Positions 1 to 12,506 of a stretch of DNA of 64,000 nucleotides are shown in pieces (positions within the stretch are counted from its first letter, which is position 1; every line of letters starts with the position of its first letter). The stretch comes from Callorhinchus milii (Eukaryota). Under the pieces are notes generated by a model that saw only the letters and a program-made list of their open reading frames with translations, was not told the origin of the DNA and made no database searches. Position numbers and translations under genes: made by a program. The DNA lies in assembly GCF_018977255.1 (NCBI RefSeq), contig NW_024704742.1:139006001-139070000 (forward strand), in the 5' to 3' direction.

Positions 1-1191
1 TCGGGGTGCGAGTGGCTTTTAAAAGAACACAAAGAGGCCGCGGTGGGAGGGGAACGACTCAGGTCTCAACGGGATCCCCATCCTACAACCACACATCCTA
101 TTAACATCAGCAGCTCTCGCCCACAGACAGGCTCACTCCTGTCACCAGCTCTGCCAGCAACATTTCAAACCCAACACGCCCATTTCACCTTTACATCCAG
201 TTCATCTCATCGTCAAACTCCCGGCCACCCTGCTGCCCGATTCTGTCCTGGGACACTGGATGGCATTTCAAGCTCTCTCTCCCTTTAGTTCTCGAATCTA
301 CCAACAGCAACTCGGCTTCGACTATATCAAATGTCAGCCACTCTCACTCACTGAAAACGGCGTTTGCCGCTGGTGACACACAAGACCCCAATTTCTCACA
401 CTATTTCACAGCCACAAGATTACAGCTCGTCACTGGGTTTCTGAAACCATTTCTCTTCCCATGTATCGGGTCGGGAGCGGTGACCTGACTTTTATGGGGG
501 GGAAACCGTTCCCGGTTTTCACAGCAAACTGCTAGTCAGTCGGGCGTCACCCAGTCAGGACCCTGTACTGTACTGTACTGAGCCGCCGCCCGGCCTCGTC
601 CCTCAAACATCGCCAGTGAACTTTCCTCTCAGGCGCACACCACTAGGCCTCGGCCTTCTCTTAAAAAAAACACCGCCTTTTCTCCGAAACCGTTGCCTTC
701 AGACAACTGCTGTCCTCAACTTTCTTTTGTTGGCTTGTCCGCGGGCCGGCGTCAGGCGAGGGGCACTTTAGAGTTTAGCTGCCCAGGCCCCGGCCTTTCT
801 TCCCTTTTTTAACCCCTATTTCACGTCACGGCCTCCAGCTTGTAACTGAAAGTGAAGCCTCGCGACCCGAAAACCTGAGGCCCACCAACTTCTATGTTTG
901 GCGAAGAGGAGGGAGGCGAGGACTGCAACACGGACACCACCTCCTGCTCCCGAGCCTTGGGCCGGCTCGCGAAGTCACCCACCCACCCCCTCCAGGGGCC
1001 TCGGCCTCGGCGCCGCCATGATTCTCCCTTTTCCCAGCCGAATCTGAGACGCCAGTCCGGAACAGAGAGTGACGACAAGCCCGGGGAGGGGGAATGAGAG
1101 GGAGGGAGACAGAGTTAGGGCCCAACCAAATCCGCGGCCTCGCCCACTACGTCTACCCGCTCTTCATCAACTACAATACGGTTAGTTTTAC

Positions 1192-1446
1192 CTCAGAAGG
1201 ACGGGGGGGGGAGGGGGGGAGGAAGTCACTCGGAGCTGCCGGAGTCCGACTGCAAAGAGCGACGGCGGCTGGCAGCAGAACACACAGCGGACATGAAGGG
1301 ACTGAATTATCAGGGCGGTCTCCTCTCCGGTTGCTCGCTCGGCCTTTGCTTTCACCGAGGTATTCTGTGTGTGTGTGTGTGTGTGTCGGCCTCTCCCTCT
1401 GACGGCGGCGGCTTCTCGCTCACTCGCACACAAAATGCCGACCGGA
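1192..1446 (-). other. NIPBL: Putative non-coding first exon of a NIPBL-like gene (cohesin loader); coding exons would lie left of the window
   Basis: Minus strand reads TCCGGTCGGCATTTTGT...GAGGGAGAG...ACACACACAG, which resembles my recollection of the human NIPBL mRNA 5' end; candidate donor GAG|gtaaaa at 1192/1191; same order and orientation as human SLC1A3-NIPBL. No coding sequence here to confirm. Confidence 0.55.
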
Positions 1447-1861
1447 AGTGAACGAAACCAGCTCGAGCCGGAGGGGGGGGGGGGGGGAGCGAGGAGGCAG
1501 AGGCGCCAAACACACACACTTCCGGCTGCAGCGCCCCCGCGCGCCAGCCTCCTCAGCTCCTCAGCTTCCAACTGCCGCCGCGCGACCTCCCGCCCGCCAT
1601 TGCTGCGCGCGCAGCCACCCACAGCGCCAGCTCCGCACACGCGCCACTAACGTGAGGTCGCCGGCCGCCGCCAGCCCAGGCCCTGACGGCGCATGCGCCG
1701 CCCTCGCCGTCCCGCCACTGGTGGCGTCCAAACTGTCGGTGAGAGCGGCTCGTGAGGGCCGTCACCTCGTCCTCATCGTCATCGTCATCAACCGCCACTG
1801 CCATTTACACAGGGAATTTGTTCTTAACTTGACATTGTACAGCGCCCCTCACACAGCGCAG

Positions 1862-2030
1862 CGCCCCGGACCCCCGGACCCCCGGACCCCTGGGCCTCCA
1901 GACCCCCGGGCCCCCAGACCCCCGGGCCCCCAGACCCGCGCAACCCAGACCCCCGGACCCCCAGACCCCTGGGCCCCCAGACCCCTGGGCCCCCAGACCC
2001 CCGGGCCCCCAGAACCCGGGCCCCCAGACC
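1862..2030. repeat. GC-rich tandem repeat (8/16-bp units ccccagac / cccgggcc)
   Basis: Directly visible reiteration at the right edge of the CpG island. Confidence 0.85.
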
Positions 2031-2279
2031 GCGGTGGAGCACGACGCCGAGCCCGGAGGAGGGGACGGTGCAAGAGGGGCGACCTGAAGATGGGGAGGGA
2101 GGTAAAGACCTCCAGGGTCCGGAGCGGGAGCAGTGGCTGAAACACGGCCAACGATGGAGTGGAGAGCACAAGCGACAAATGGGCCGGAGCCGGTCCAGCG
2201 GAGGCGACGGCTTGTGGAGTGGGGGATTAAGCAGGTCAGAGAGGACGGGAGGTACAGGTACCAGGGAATAGTGTAGCCT

Positions 2280-2523
2280 CGCGAGGGCCGGGGTGATGGG
2301 GTACAGGGTTTAGTGTGTGATAGGGAGCCAGTGGGGATGGCGAGGGCCGGGGTGATGGGGTACAGGGTTTAGTGTGTGATGGGGAGCCAGTGGGGATGGC
2401 GAGGGCCGGGGTGATGGGGAGCCAGTGGGGATGGCGAGGGCCGGGGTGATGGGGTACAGGGTTTAGTGTGTGATGGGGAGCCAGTGGGGATGGCGAGGGC
2501 CGGGGTGATGGGGTACAGGGTTT
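2280..2523 (-). repeat. ~59-bp minisatellite (about 4 copies) derived from the L2 ORF2 C-terminal region
   Basis: gcgagggccggggtgatggggtacagggtttagtgtgtgatggggagccagtggggatg repeated; reverse strand encodes PITPALAIPTG/HWLP-like L2 sequence. Confidence 0.8.
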
Positions 2524-3787
2524 AAAATAACAACAAGATTACACTTGTATTGCGCCTTTCACATTGGGAGGACGCCCCAAAGCGCTGGATAGTGACAACA
2601 TTTCAGACCCGAGCTGGGATCAGGGAGGGAGAAGGGAGGGGAGAGGAAGGGAAATGACCGATGGCATGGTCGAAGAGGAGGGTTTTGAGGCGGGACTTGA
2701 AGGAGGCTAAGGAGGGGGCGAGGCACAGTGAGTGGGGGATGGAATGCCAGAGGTTGAGGGCAGAGTTGCTCTCCCGCCAATGGTGGGGCGGGTGGGTCGG
2801 GGGAGTGGAGCAGCCGGAGCCGACTGAGCAGAGGGAGCGGGCGGGTTGGTAGGGGGTTAGGAGGTCGCAGAGGTAGTGTGGGGTGAGGCCATGGAGAGCT
2901 TTGTAGGTGAGGACCCAGAGCTTGAACTGGATCCTCTGAAGGATAGGGAACCAATGGAGTCGGGCGAGAATGGGGTCACGGAGTTTGGTGCGGGAGAGGA
3001 CACGGCTGCAGAGTTAGTTCTGGATTATCTGCAGCTGTGGAGGGAGGAGTTGGGAAGGCCGACAAGCACGGTGTTTGCATAGTCGAGCCGATGAAGGCAT
3101 GAACAAGAGTTTCAGTGGCCTGGGGGTTGAGGTAGTGGCGGAGTCGGGCGATGTTACGGAGGTGAGGGAAGGCAGAGCGGGTCATGGCTTGGATGTGGGG
3201 GAGAAAAGACAGTTGAGGGTCGAACAAGACACCGAGGTTCCTGACGGGCTGGTGAGTTATAGTGTGCAACCATGGAGGTTGATGCTGCCAGAGCCTAAGG
3301 TGCAGAAGCGCTGGCGCGAGCCAATCAGGAGGGCCTCAGTTTTGTTCATGTTCACCGGTGAGGGAGATAGGATTCGATCCAGGCAAGGGCAGGTCAGTGA
3401 AGATTAAGTAAAGAGGAGAGGCAGTGTGTGAGGATGGAGTGGTCGACAGTGTCGAAGGCAGCAGAGACTTCGAGGAGGACAAAGAGGCAGAAGGAGCCCT
3501 CATCACAGATGTTCAGAATGTCATTAGTGACTTTGACCCGGGCTGTTTCTGTGCTATGGGCAGTGCGGAAGCTGAATTGGAGGGGTTCAAAGAGGGAATA
3601 GCGAGAAAAAAAGGAGCGGAGCTGGGACGCGACGTCTCATTTCAGGACCTTGGAAAGGAACGGGAGGTTAAGAGATGGAACGGTAGCTGGAGAGGAGGGA
3701 TGGGTCCAGAGAAGATTTTTTCAGGATGGGGGTGATGATGACTATTTTTATGGGGGTGGGAACTGAATCGGTGGACAAGGAGAGGTT

Positions 3788-4111
3788 AATAATAATAATA
3801 ATCCTTGCATTTGATATAGCACTTTTCACGTCGGGAGGACATCCCAAAGCGCTTCACAGAACACACTGTAAAGTGAATTGACTGTATATTTGTGGGCGAA
3901 CGCGGCAGCCAATTGCGCACAGCAATGTCCCACAAACAGTCGTAGATTGAAAATGACCAATTTATTATTGTTTTTGGTTTTGGAGGGATTATTATTAGGC
4001 TCTGTGTGGAGTAAGGAAACTTGCCCAAGGTTTGGCCCTGACCCCCCGAGGACTGAACTCAGGTCTCTCACTCGCACAGTGAGTGGTCTAACCACTGAGC
4101 TACAGGACTCC
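3788..4111 (-). mobile_element. Full-length tRNA(Ala)-derived SINE (Deu-SINE/SacSINE1-like body, L2-type tail)
   Basis: Head GGAGTCCTGTAGCTCAGTGGTTAGA (A box), GAGTTCA B box, body gtttgtgggacattgctgtgcgcaattggctgccgcg, (ATT)n tail. Confidence 0.9.
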
Positions 4112-4523
4112 ACATAATGTGGATGACATTGGACAAGAGAGGGGCCAGAAGGTGGAGCTGGGGGATGAGGAGAGAGGTGGGGATGGGATCGAGGGAGCAG
4201 GTGGTAGGTTTGAGTTTGCGAATGATGGCAATGAGGGAGGAGGGAGAGATCGGGTCGAAGGAGGGTGGGTCATGAGGGAGAGGTGATGTGGGGGTGGCGG
4301 TGGACGGGGCAGAGGTGACTGAATGTATCCTCTCGATTTTGGATTCGAGGAAGTCCAGCATGTCCTCACAGTTGGAGTTTGAGGAGAGGATGGGCGAGGC
4401 GTGGGAAGGTGGATGGAGGAGACGGTTTGTGATGGAAAAGAGAAGCCTGGGATAATCTTGGAGTAGAAGGAGGATTTGGCAGAGGCAAGAGCGCAACAGT
4501 ACATCTCTTCCACGTACATCCAC

Positions 4524-4846
4524 GTCCTGTGGCTCAGTGGTTAGAGCACTCGCTTTGCAATTGAGAGACCTGAGTTCAATTCCAGGCAGGTCAGGGTGAA
4601 ACCTTGGGCAAGTTTCCTTACTCCACACAGAGCCTAATAATAATCCCTCCAAAACCAAAAACAATAATAAATTGGTCATTTTCAATCCATATGACTGTTT
4701 GTGGGACATTGCTGTGCACAGTTGGCTGCCACGTTCGCCCACAAATATACAGTCAATTCACACTTTTAGTGTGTTCTGTGAAGCGCTTTGGGACGTCCTC
4801 CCGACGTGAAAAGTGCTATATCAAATGCAAGGATTATTATTATTAT
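4524..4846 (+). mobile_element. Full-length tRNA-derived SINE, inverted relative to the 3788-4111 copy
   Basis: Same head, body and tail as above. Confidence 0.9.
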
Positions 4847-4849
4847 AAT

Positions 4850-5596
4850 CTCATGGCTCTCACCTTCTCCACTTACCCGACCTCCCCCTAAAACTCTCCA
4901 AACCCGTACGCAACCTAGACATCAGATTTGACCCCCAATTATCCTTCCTCCCCCACATCCGGTCCCTCACCAGCACCGCTTTCTTCCACCTCCAACGCAT
5001 CGCCCGTCTCCACCAATACCTCTTCCCAAAAGCCGCTGAAACCCTGGTACATGCTTTTGTCACCTCTCGGCTGGACTATTCTAACACCCTCCTTGCCGGT
5101 CTCCCCTCCACGACCATCCATAAAATCCATATCATTCAAAACTTTACCATCCGCATTCTCACCTGCACCAAACTCCGCTCCCCGATCCCCCCAGTCCTGG
5201 CCAGACTGCACTGGCTGCCTGTCCCAGAGAGGATCGATTTCAAGATCCTCATCCTTGTATTCAAATCCCTGCACTCCCCAACCTCTCTGACCTCTCTCCT
5301 CAAAACAATACCCGTTGCCTTCGTTCCTCCGGGTCTGGTCTCCTCCTCCTCCCCCGAGTCCTCCGCTCCACCCTCGGCGGCGGCTATGCCCCGAGGCTCT
5401 GGAACCGCCTTCCTCACGCCCTTCGTCTCGCTCCTTCCCTTCCCATTTTCAGGTCTCTGCTGAAGACCTTTCTTTTCGACCGCACCTTTGGTCACCTTCC
5501 CCTCCTCCCCCTGGATCCGAAACTGTAAAGCGCTCTGAGACGCCGTCTGGCGTGGATGGCATTATATATATCCAAGTTGTTGTGTTGTTGTTGTTG
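4850..5596 (+). mobile_element. 5'-truncated L2 LINE, second subfamily (tail gagacgccgtctggcgtgg...(GTT)n)
   Basis: Encodes AETLVHAFVTSRLDYSN...LARLHWLPVPERIDFKIL; nested in the minus-strand L2. Confidence 0.85.
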
Positions 5597-7113
5597 GTAT
5601 GATGAAGCCAAATCTGCAGATTGACCGTTAGTTTGGATTTGGTCCAGGCGTGTTCAGCAGCTCGCACTTGTGCTTTGAGGGAATGGATGTGGCTGGTGTA
5701 CCAACAACAACTTGGATTTATATAGCGACCTCCACGCCGAATGGCATCTCAGAGCGCGGGGGATTTACGGGAGTATGAGGCAGTTCGGGAGGTGATGGGG
5801 GCAAGGGAGTCCAGAATGGAGGAGAGGGAGTTGTGGAGAAAAGAGAGCGAGGAGGGGAGATCAGTCAGCGAGGTCCAGAGGTGTAGGAGTTCAGATGACT
5901 CCAGAGCAGTGGAGAGGAAGAGGGAGGAAATTTTCTTTCCACTGACGCTATGTGTTGGTAGAGGGTTGAGAAAGGGGAAGGGGAACGGAGGTGTGAGGGA
6001 GATGAAATGATGGACCGAAATGGCTTTGTCGATGATAGTGATGTCCGAGACAGTGAGGCCCCGGGTGATCACCAGCGGCCTGATCACAGTCGTGGGTGGG
6101 GGAGTGGATGTGGAGGGAGAAGTTAAGGGAAGAGAGGAGGGAGGAGAAGTTGGCAGAGGTAGAGCAGGAGGGGGTGAAGTGGAGGTTGAAGTCACCTAAG
6201 ATTAGGAGGTGTTGAGAGGGAGAGGGAAGATAGGAGAGTGGAGATGTCCAAGAGGAAGGTGGGGGAAGGCTTGAGGGGGTCGGTAAACAAGGAGGATTTT
6301 GAGGGAAAGCCCGGAGGGGTGGTAGAGGGTAAGGTGTACAAAGAAGGGGAAGGTTCCGGAGAAGTAAGGGGAAAGGCCGAGGGGGGACCGGGAGATGAGA
6401 GCCACAACACTGCCACAGCAATTAGGCCGTGAGGTTTGGTGAAAAGTATAACCCGGAGGTGTGGCCTCAACTAGTGGGAAGGTGTCGCCTGGCGTGACCC
6501 AGATTTCTGTGAGAGCGAGGATGTCAATGTTTTCCTCGAGGTCAGGTCATGGATTGTGAGGAACTTATTTGTTAGTGACCGGACGTTCTGTAGACTGATG
6601 CGGTGGGGACAGTTAGTGTGGGAGTGTGGGGGACATGAGGGGGCGGAGGGGGTGGGCAGACGGGTTGGGTGGGGATGTGGGTGAGGGAGGAAAGGTTGAC
6701 TCCCGTGGGTGAAGGCCGGTGGGCCTAGCAGCGAGAGTTGGGGAAGGGGCAGTCAGGGTGGGTGCTGCTGGACAGCCCACGGTGTCTACCACTTTGGGCA
6801 CGATGGAGAATGTGAAGGGAGGAGCAGAGGGAGGCCGTGGGGACAAGTTAAGATAGGATTGAGTTATCAGGACTAAATTCTTCGGTTATTCATAGAAGAA
6901 AACGCATGACTACCTGAGGATTATGAAAGTGCTTCACAAGGTTAACTGGGAGCTGGGCATGGGGGAACCTGAATGGGCGGTCAAAAAGGTGAGTCATCTA
7001 CTCATTTACTTTTTTACAGTACTAACCTTGGAGGATGTCCAGTGATGGTTCACTGGATTAATTCCTCGGCGAACATGCTTAACTATGTTGAAATGCTTAG
7101 TAGAATGGGGTTT

Positions 7114-7441
7114 ATAATAATAATAATAATAATCCTTGCATTTGATATAGCGCTTTTCACGTCGGGAGGACGTCCCAAAGCGCTTCACAGAACACACTGT
7201 AAAGTGAATTGACTGTATATTTGTGGGCGAACGCGGCAGCCAATTGCGCACAGCAATGTCCCACAAACAGTCGTAGATTGAAAATGACCAATTTATTATT
7301 GTTTTGTTTTTTTTGGAGGGATTATTATTAGGCTCTGTGTGGAGTAAGGAAACTTGCCCGAGGTTTGGCCCTCTGCCTGGAATTGAACTCAGGTCTCTCA
7401 CTTGCAAAGCGAGTGCTCTAAGCACTGAGCTACAGGACTCC
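7114..7441 (-). mobile_element. Full-length tRNA-derived SINE (young subfamily)
   Basis: Near-identical to copies at 44564, 49996 and 51772. Confidence 0.9.
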
Positions 7442-7817
7442 ACACTCTTCGACCGATCTTTCGATCTCCCTGTTTCCCCCCTGCCCTTCCTCCCTCCCCC
7501 ATTCCGACCCGCAGCTCGGGTCCGAAACACTGACTGTCCAGCGCCAAAAACAATAATAAATTGTTCATTTTCAATCTACGACTGTTTGTGGGACATTATA
7601 TTCCTTAAAACACAGAAATCTGAAGGTAGGTCTGATTTGATTGAGATTTTTAAAATAATGAAAGAATTCACAAGATAGATAATGGTTGACTCTTGGTTGC
7701 CAGAGCAGAGGCATCCAGGCTGACGATCCAGTACAATCCTGGGGGACAGCTGATTGTCAGACATCCTGCACGTTGGGTGCACTTTGGGTGAATCTGCCTG
7801 TTTGGGTGAACATTATC

Positions 7818-8890
7818 AACAACAACAACAGAAAATTACATTTGTATAGCTCCTTTCACCTCAGGAGGACATCCCAAGGCGCTGGACAGTCAGTGTTTCG
7901 GACCCGAGCTGGGGGTTGGAATGGGGGAGGGAGGAAGGGCAGGGGGGGAAGCAGGGAGATCGAAAGATCGGTCGAAGAGGAAGATCTTGAGATGGGTCTT
8001 GAAGGAGGCAAGGGAGGGGGCGAGGGAGGGGGCGAGACGGAGGGACTGCGGGATGGAGTTCCAGAGGGTGGGGGCAGAGTGGCAGAAGGCCTGCCCACCA
8101 ATGGTGGAGTGGGCAAGGCGGGGGACATGAAGCAGAGGGAGTGGGCAAGATGGTAGCGGGTTAGGAAGTCGCAAGGTAGGGGGGAGCAAGACCTTGGACG
8201 ACTTTGAAGGTGAGGACCAGGAATTTGAACTGTATCTTCTGTGTGATGAGAAACCAGTGGAGTTGGGCAAGGATGGCGGTGATAGGGTCGCGGAGCCTGG
8301 TGGGGGAGAGGACACACGGGCTGCAGAGTTCTGGATGATCTGCAGCTTGTGGAGGGAGGAGTTTGGGAGGCCGACAAGCCTGGTGGGAACGGTACCAGTG
8401 GACAGGGAGAGGTTTATGATGTCTGTGAGTAGAGGGGCCAGGAGGTGGAGATGGGAGGTAAGGAGGGGGGTAGGGATGGGGTCGAGGGAGCAGGTAGTCG
8501 GTTTCATGGGTGTTTTGGTGGTGAGGAAAGAGGAGGTGGAGACAGGTTTGAAGGTGTAGGTTTGAAGGATGGGTAGGGGCCGGGGGGAGATGGGGAGGGG
8601 GCAGTAGACGGAAGGGCAGAGGCAGCTGAGCGGATCCCCTCAACTTTGCATTCAAGGAAATCCAGCATCGCCTCGCAGTTGGCATTGGCCGTGAGGATGG
8701 GCGAGGCATGAGAGGGTGGGCGGAGCAGCCGGTTGGTGATGGAGAAGAGGAGCCTGGGGTTGTCCTTGGCCTCCAAGATTGTCTTGGAGTAGAACAAGGA
8801 TTTAGCAGAGGTGAGGGCGGAGCGGTAAGGTTTGATAAGGTCCAGCCAGATCTGCTGGTGGACCGTTAGGTTCCATTTAAGACAGGTGCT
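7818..8890 (-). mobile_element. L2 LINE fragment with internal deletion of most of the RT domain
   Basis: MKPTTCSLDPIPT...GTVPT joined directly to LVGLPNSSLHKLQIIQNSAAR at ~8380; 3' tail at 7818. Confidence 0.85.
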
Positions 8891-9829
8891 TTCAGAATAA
8901 AGAATCCGTGGCACTATTTAAAAAGAGAAAGGAGACACAAATCCCCTCGTGTCTAGCCAACAATCCCCCAGATAAAATTGATCATTTATTTTATATTTGT
9001 TTGTGGGACATTGCTGTGTGCAAATAGGCCTCCAAAAATACAGTCGATATACTGTATATTAAATTGTGTCAAACACTTTGAGACTTTTCAACAACTTGTG
9101 AATACATGATATCAAATACAAGGATTATTATTAGCGATTCATAACTTCCCCATGTTCTCCTGTAATCTCTTCCTAATTTGCTTCCATCTACAACAGTTAA
9201 TACTGCACCAGAGGATCCAACCTTTTGGCCGCCATGGGCTGGCTGTCCTATTTGCCACATAAGCAATATTTTTGTGTTTCATTCAAGAAACATAATTTAC
9301 ACAGAACGTTTTTCACATTGGAAGGTCTTCTCAAAGCATTCAACACTGCCTGCTGGGGATGGGAGTGAGCCGAGGGAGGTGGGATGGGGAGGGGAAAAGA
9401 TGACCGAAAGTGCTGTCAAAGAGTTAGTCTTCATGTGAAGGAGTCTTACTTTGTTAAAAGCCTTTTTCATTCAATAGAAGTAGGCTTTCTTTTCTAACTC
9501 AGATTTTGATGCAGACTTAATTATTATTTAAATCTTCTACCGAGAATAACCACCTGCTGTTCAACAAGGTTTTATGTATGAAAACAACAATGCAAATCTG
9601 ATGCCCTGCTAAAGTTTCAGTACCATGGAGATGTTCCTACTTGAATTGTAAATTGTATTGCCAGAACCTGTAGCTCAGTGGTTAGAGCATTCACCTCGCA
9701 AGTGAGAGGACCAGTGTTTGATTCCTGGGCTGGGACAAACCTTAAATGCCTCTGTTTACCAAGCACTAAGTAAGAACCTGGTTGTAAGCTGTTTGGTGGA
9801 TCGCTTTTCCAGGGGTAATCCTGGAAAAG

Positions 9830-11042
9830 TTTGCCCCTCTATTCACTGACATCATAAACCTCTCCTTGTCCTCTGGTAATGTTCCCACCCCATTAAAAAC
9901 CACCATCATCTCAAGACCGAGGCTCCTGATTGGCTCCCGTCAGCACCTCCACACCTCAGGCCCTGACAGCATCACCATCCCTGGGGCTCACTCCCCCTCA
10001 CTGCGCCAGTCCCGAACCTTGGGGTCTGGTTTGACCCTCAACTATCCTTTCTCCCCCACATCTGCGCCATGACCTGCTCTGCCTTCCCCACCCCCGCAAC
10101 ATGGCCCGACTCCCCCACTGTCTCACACCACAGCCCCCGAGACCCTCACACACCCCTCCATTACAGCCAGACTCCACTATGCAAACTCCCTGTTTGTCGG
10201 CCCCCAACTCCTCCCTCCACAGACTGCAGATCATCCCGAACTAACTCTGCAGCCCATGTCCTCTCCCCCACCCCATCACCCCATCCTCACCCCCACCAGG
10301 CTCCCCGACCCCATCACCCCCATCCTCACCCCCACCAGGCTCCCCGACCCCATCACCCCCATCCTCACCCCCACCAGGCTCCCGACCCCATCACCCCCAT
10401 CCTCACCCCCACCAGGCTCCCCGACCCCATCACCCCCATCCTCACCCCACCAGGCTCCCCCACCCCATCACCCCATCCTCACCCCCACCAGGCTCCCCGA
10501 CCCCATCACCCCCATCCTCACCCCACCAGGCTCCCCGACCCCATCACCCCCATCCTCACCCCCACCAGGCTCTGTGACCCTAACACCTCCATCCTCACCC
10601 CCACCAGACTCCGTGACCCCATCACCCCCATCCTCCCCCGACCCCACTGGCTTCCCATCACACAGAGGATACAGTTCAAGATCCTGGTCCTCACCTTCAA
10701 AGCCTCCATGGTCTTGTTCTCCCCGACACCTGTGACCTCCTAACCCCCTACCATCCTGCTCGCTCCCTCCGCACAGCGGGCTCCGGCCTGCTTCACGTCC
10801 CCCACCTCCCCTTCTATTGGCAGGCGGGCCTTCTGTCACTCTGCCCCCACCGTCTGGAACTCCATCCCGTAGTCCCTCCACCTCGCCCCCTTCCTTGTCT
10901 CCTTCAAGACCCATCTCAAGACCCTCCTCTTCGATCGTGCTTTCGATTTCCCTGCTTCCCTCCCCCCCCTCGCCTTCCACCCTCCCCAACCCCGTCCAAA
11001 ACTCTGTCTGTCCAGCGCCTAGAGGCGTCCTCCCAATGTGAA
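9830..11042 (+). mobile_element. L2 LINE fragment containing a ~39-bp minisatellite expansion (10255-10640)
   Basis: (TRLPDPITPILTP)n followed by HWLPITQRIQFKILVLTFK. Confidence 0.85.
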
Positions 11043-11370
11043 ACAACAACAACAACAAGATTCCATTTATAGAGCGCCTTTCACGTCAGGAGGACGTCCC
11101 AAGGCGCTGCACAGTTGGGTCATGACCCGAGCAGTGGGGAAATGGTCAGGGGGAGGGGAGGGAAGGGAGGGAGAGAGGGGGGGGGAAATGGTCAGGGTGA
11201 GGGGAGGGAAGGGAGGGAGCGAGGAGGAGGAAGAGAGTCGAGATGGGAGCTGAAGGTCAAAGAGAAAGGTTTTGAGACCGGCCTTGAAGGAGGAAAGGGA
11301 GGAGGCGGCGAAGGCACTGGGGGATGGAGTTCCAGAGCCTGGGGGCTGAGAGGCTGAAGGCCCGACCACC
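11043..11370 (-). mobile_element. L2 3' end inserted tail-to-tail into the 3' hairpin of the preceding L2
   Basis: caacaacaagattccatttatagagcgcctttcacgtc starts right after gtgaaa of the plus copy. Confidence 0.85.
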
Positions 11371-11645
11371 GAAAGATGCTTTACAAATATAATTTTGTTG
11401 TAATAATTCCTTCAAAAAAAATTGATCACTCAATCCACAACTGTGTGGGAAACTGCTGTGCACAATTGGCTGCCGCGTTTTGTCAACAACACATAGTCAA
11501 TTCACTTTACAGTATATTCTGTGAAGCGCTTTGAGACGTTTCGAAGATGTGATAAGGCGCTGTATCAAATGCGAGGATTATTATTATTATAACCGTGGCT
11601 GAGTTACAGCCTCACATTGATTCTCGTTGCTCTTGGTAGGACCCA

Positions 11646-11659
11646 TCGCCACCTGCTGG
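11646..11659 (-). promoter_or_regulatory. CTCF-like motif CCAGCAGGTGGCGA
   Basis: Close match to the CCASYAGRKGGCRS core in unique sequence. Confidence 0.5.
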
Positions 11660-12278
11660 ACACAATTGTCTTGGAGAGCAACATACATCTTTACAACAAT
11701 TTGCATTTATATAGTGCCCCTCATGTGTCCCAGAGCGCTTTAGTCCATGTTATAATGTTTGACTAATTCATTTTGTTTTTGGATTAAGCTTAAGCAGATT
11801 TTCATATAATGGAGTGACACACACACACACTGATGCAGAGATACCCACACACAGACAGAGATACAGACACACACAGACAGCAAGAGAAAGATGAGAGACA
11901 GAGAGAGATACAGAGAGAGAAAGATACAGAGACACACGCAGATACTGAGGCAGATATCGTGTTGATGGCTGTATTATTGTTTTAGAATTCGTATGAATTT
12001 TTACTTTGCCTGTTTAAAGTTTGATTGTAACTAAAATATAGCAAAATGAAATAATAGTTACATTATTTAAAAGTCAGTTGCTCTGTCAAAGAGCCGCACA
12101 GACTCGATGGGCCGAATGGCCTCCTTCTGTGCCGTAACATTCTGTGATTCTATGATTTAGAACATAGTATTTCTATATCATTCTGATTGGCTATGTTTCT
12201 AGAAGGAAACACAAAAATGTTGCTTATGTGGCTAGTGAACGTTTCTCAAATCCGACACTCATCTGCCAAAAGGTTGGA

Positions 12279-12444
12279 GCACCCTGAGCGGCACCCTGAG
12301 CGGCACCCTGAGCGGCACCCTGAGCGGCACCCTGAGCGGCACCCTGAGCGGCACCCTGAGCGGCACCCTGAGCGGCACCCTGAGCGGCACCCTGAGCGGC
12401 ACCCTGAGCGGCACCCTGAGCGGCACCCTGAGCGGCACCCTGAG
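12279..12444. repeat. Perfect 12-bp tandem repeat (GCACCCTGAGCG) x ~13.8
   Basis: No mismatches; source of the HPER/SGCR/AAQG/RVPL ORFs. Confidence 0.97.
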
Positions 12445-12506
12445 GTGAACGGTATAAAACCAATGTAACCCCAGAAAGATTCCAAAGATGGATATTTTGG
12501 TTTTGA

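Larger units (their letters stand above)
440..2280. promoter_or_regulatory. CpG island / housekeeping-type promoter
   Basis: High CpG density in non-repeat sequence; ETS/GABP CCGGAAGTG at 1442-1450 and inverted copy at 1517-1525; NRF1 palindrome GCGCATGCGC at 1689-1698; GC boxes; CRE-like TCACGTCA at 821-828. Confidence 0.85.
2527..6845 (-). mobile_element. Long degenerate L2-clade LINE (APE endonuclease + RT), interrupted by nested SINEs and another LINE
   Basis: EN motifs LQNVRSL, DILALTEIW, VYRPP and LILGDFNLH at 5950-6600; RT N-part near 3430-3700; 3' hairpin and (GTT)n tail at ~2527-2590. Confidence 0.85.

Noticed and set aside
1553..1804. 83-aa ORF with acidic run (MAVAVDDDDDEDE) and other CpG-island ORFs
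   Set aside because: GC-rich stop-poor sequence plus a (GAT/GAC) triplet run; no recognisable domain or splice structure
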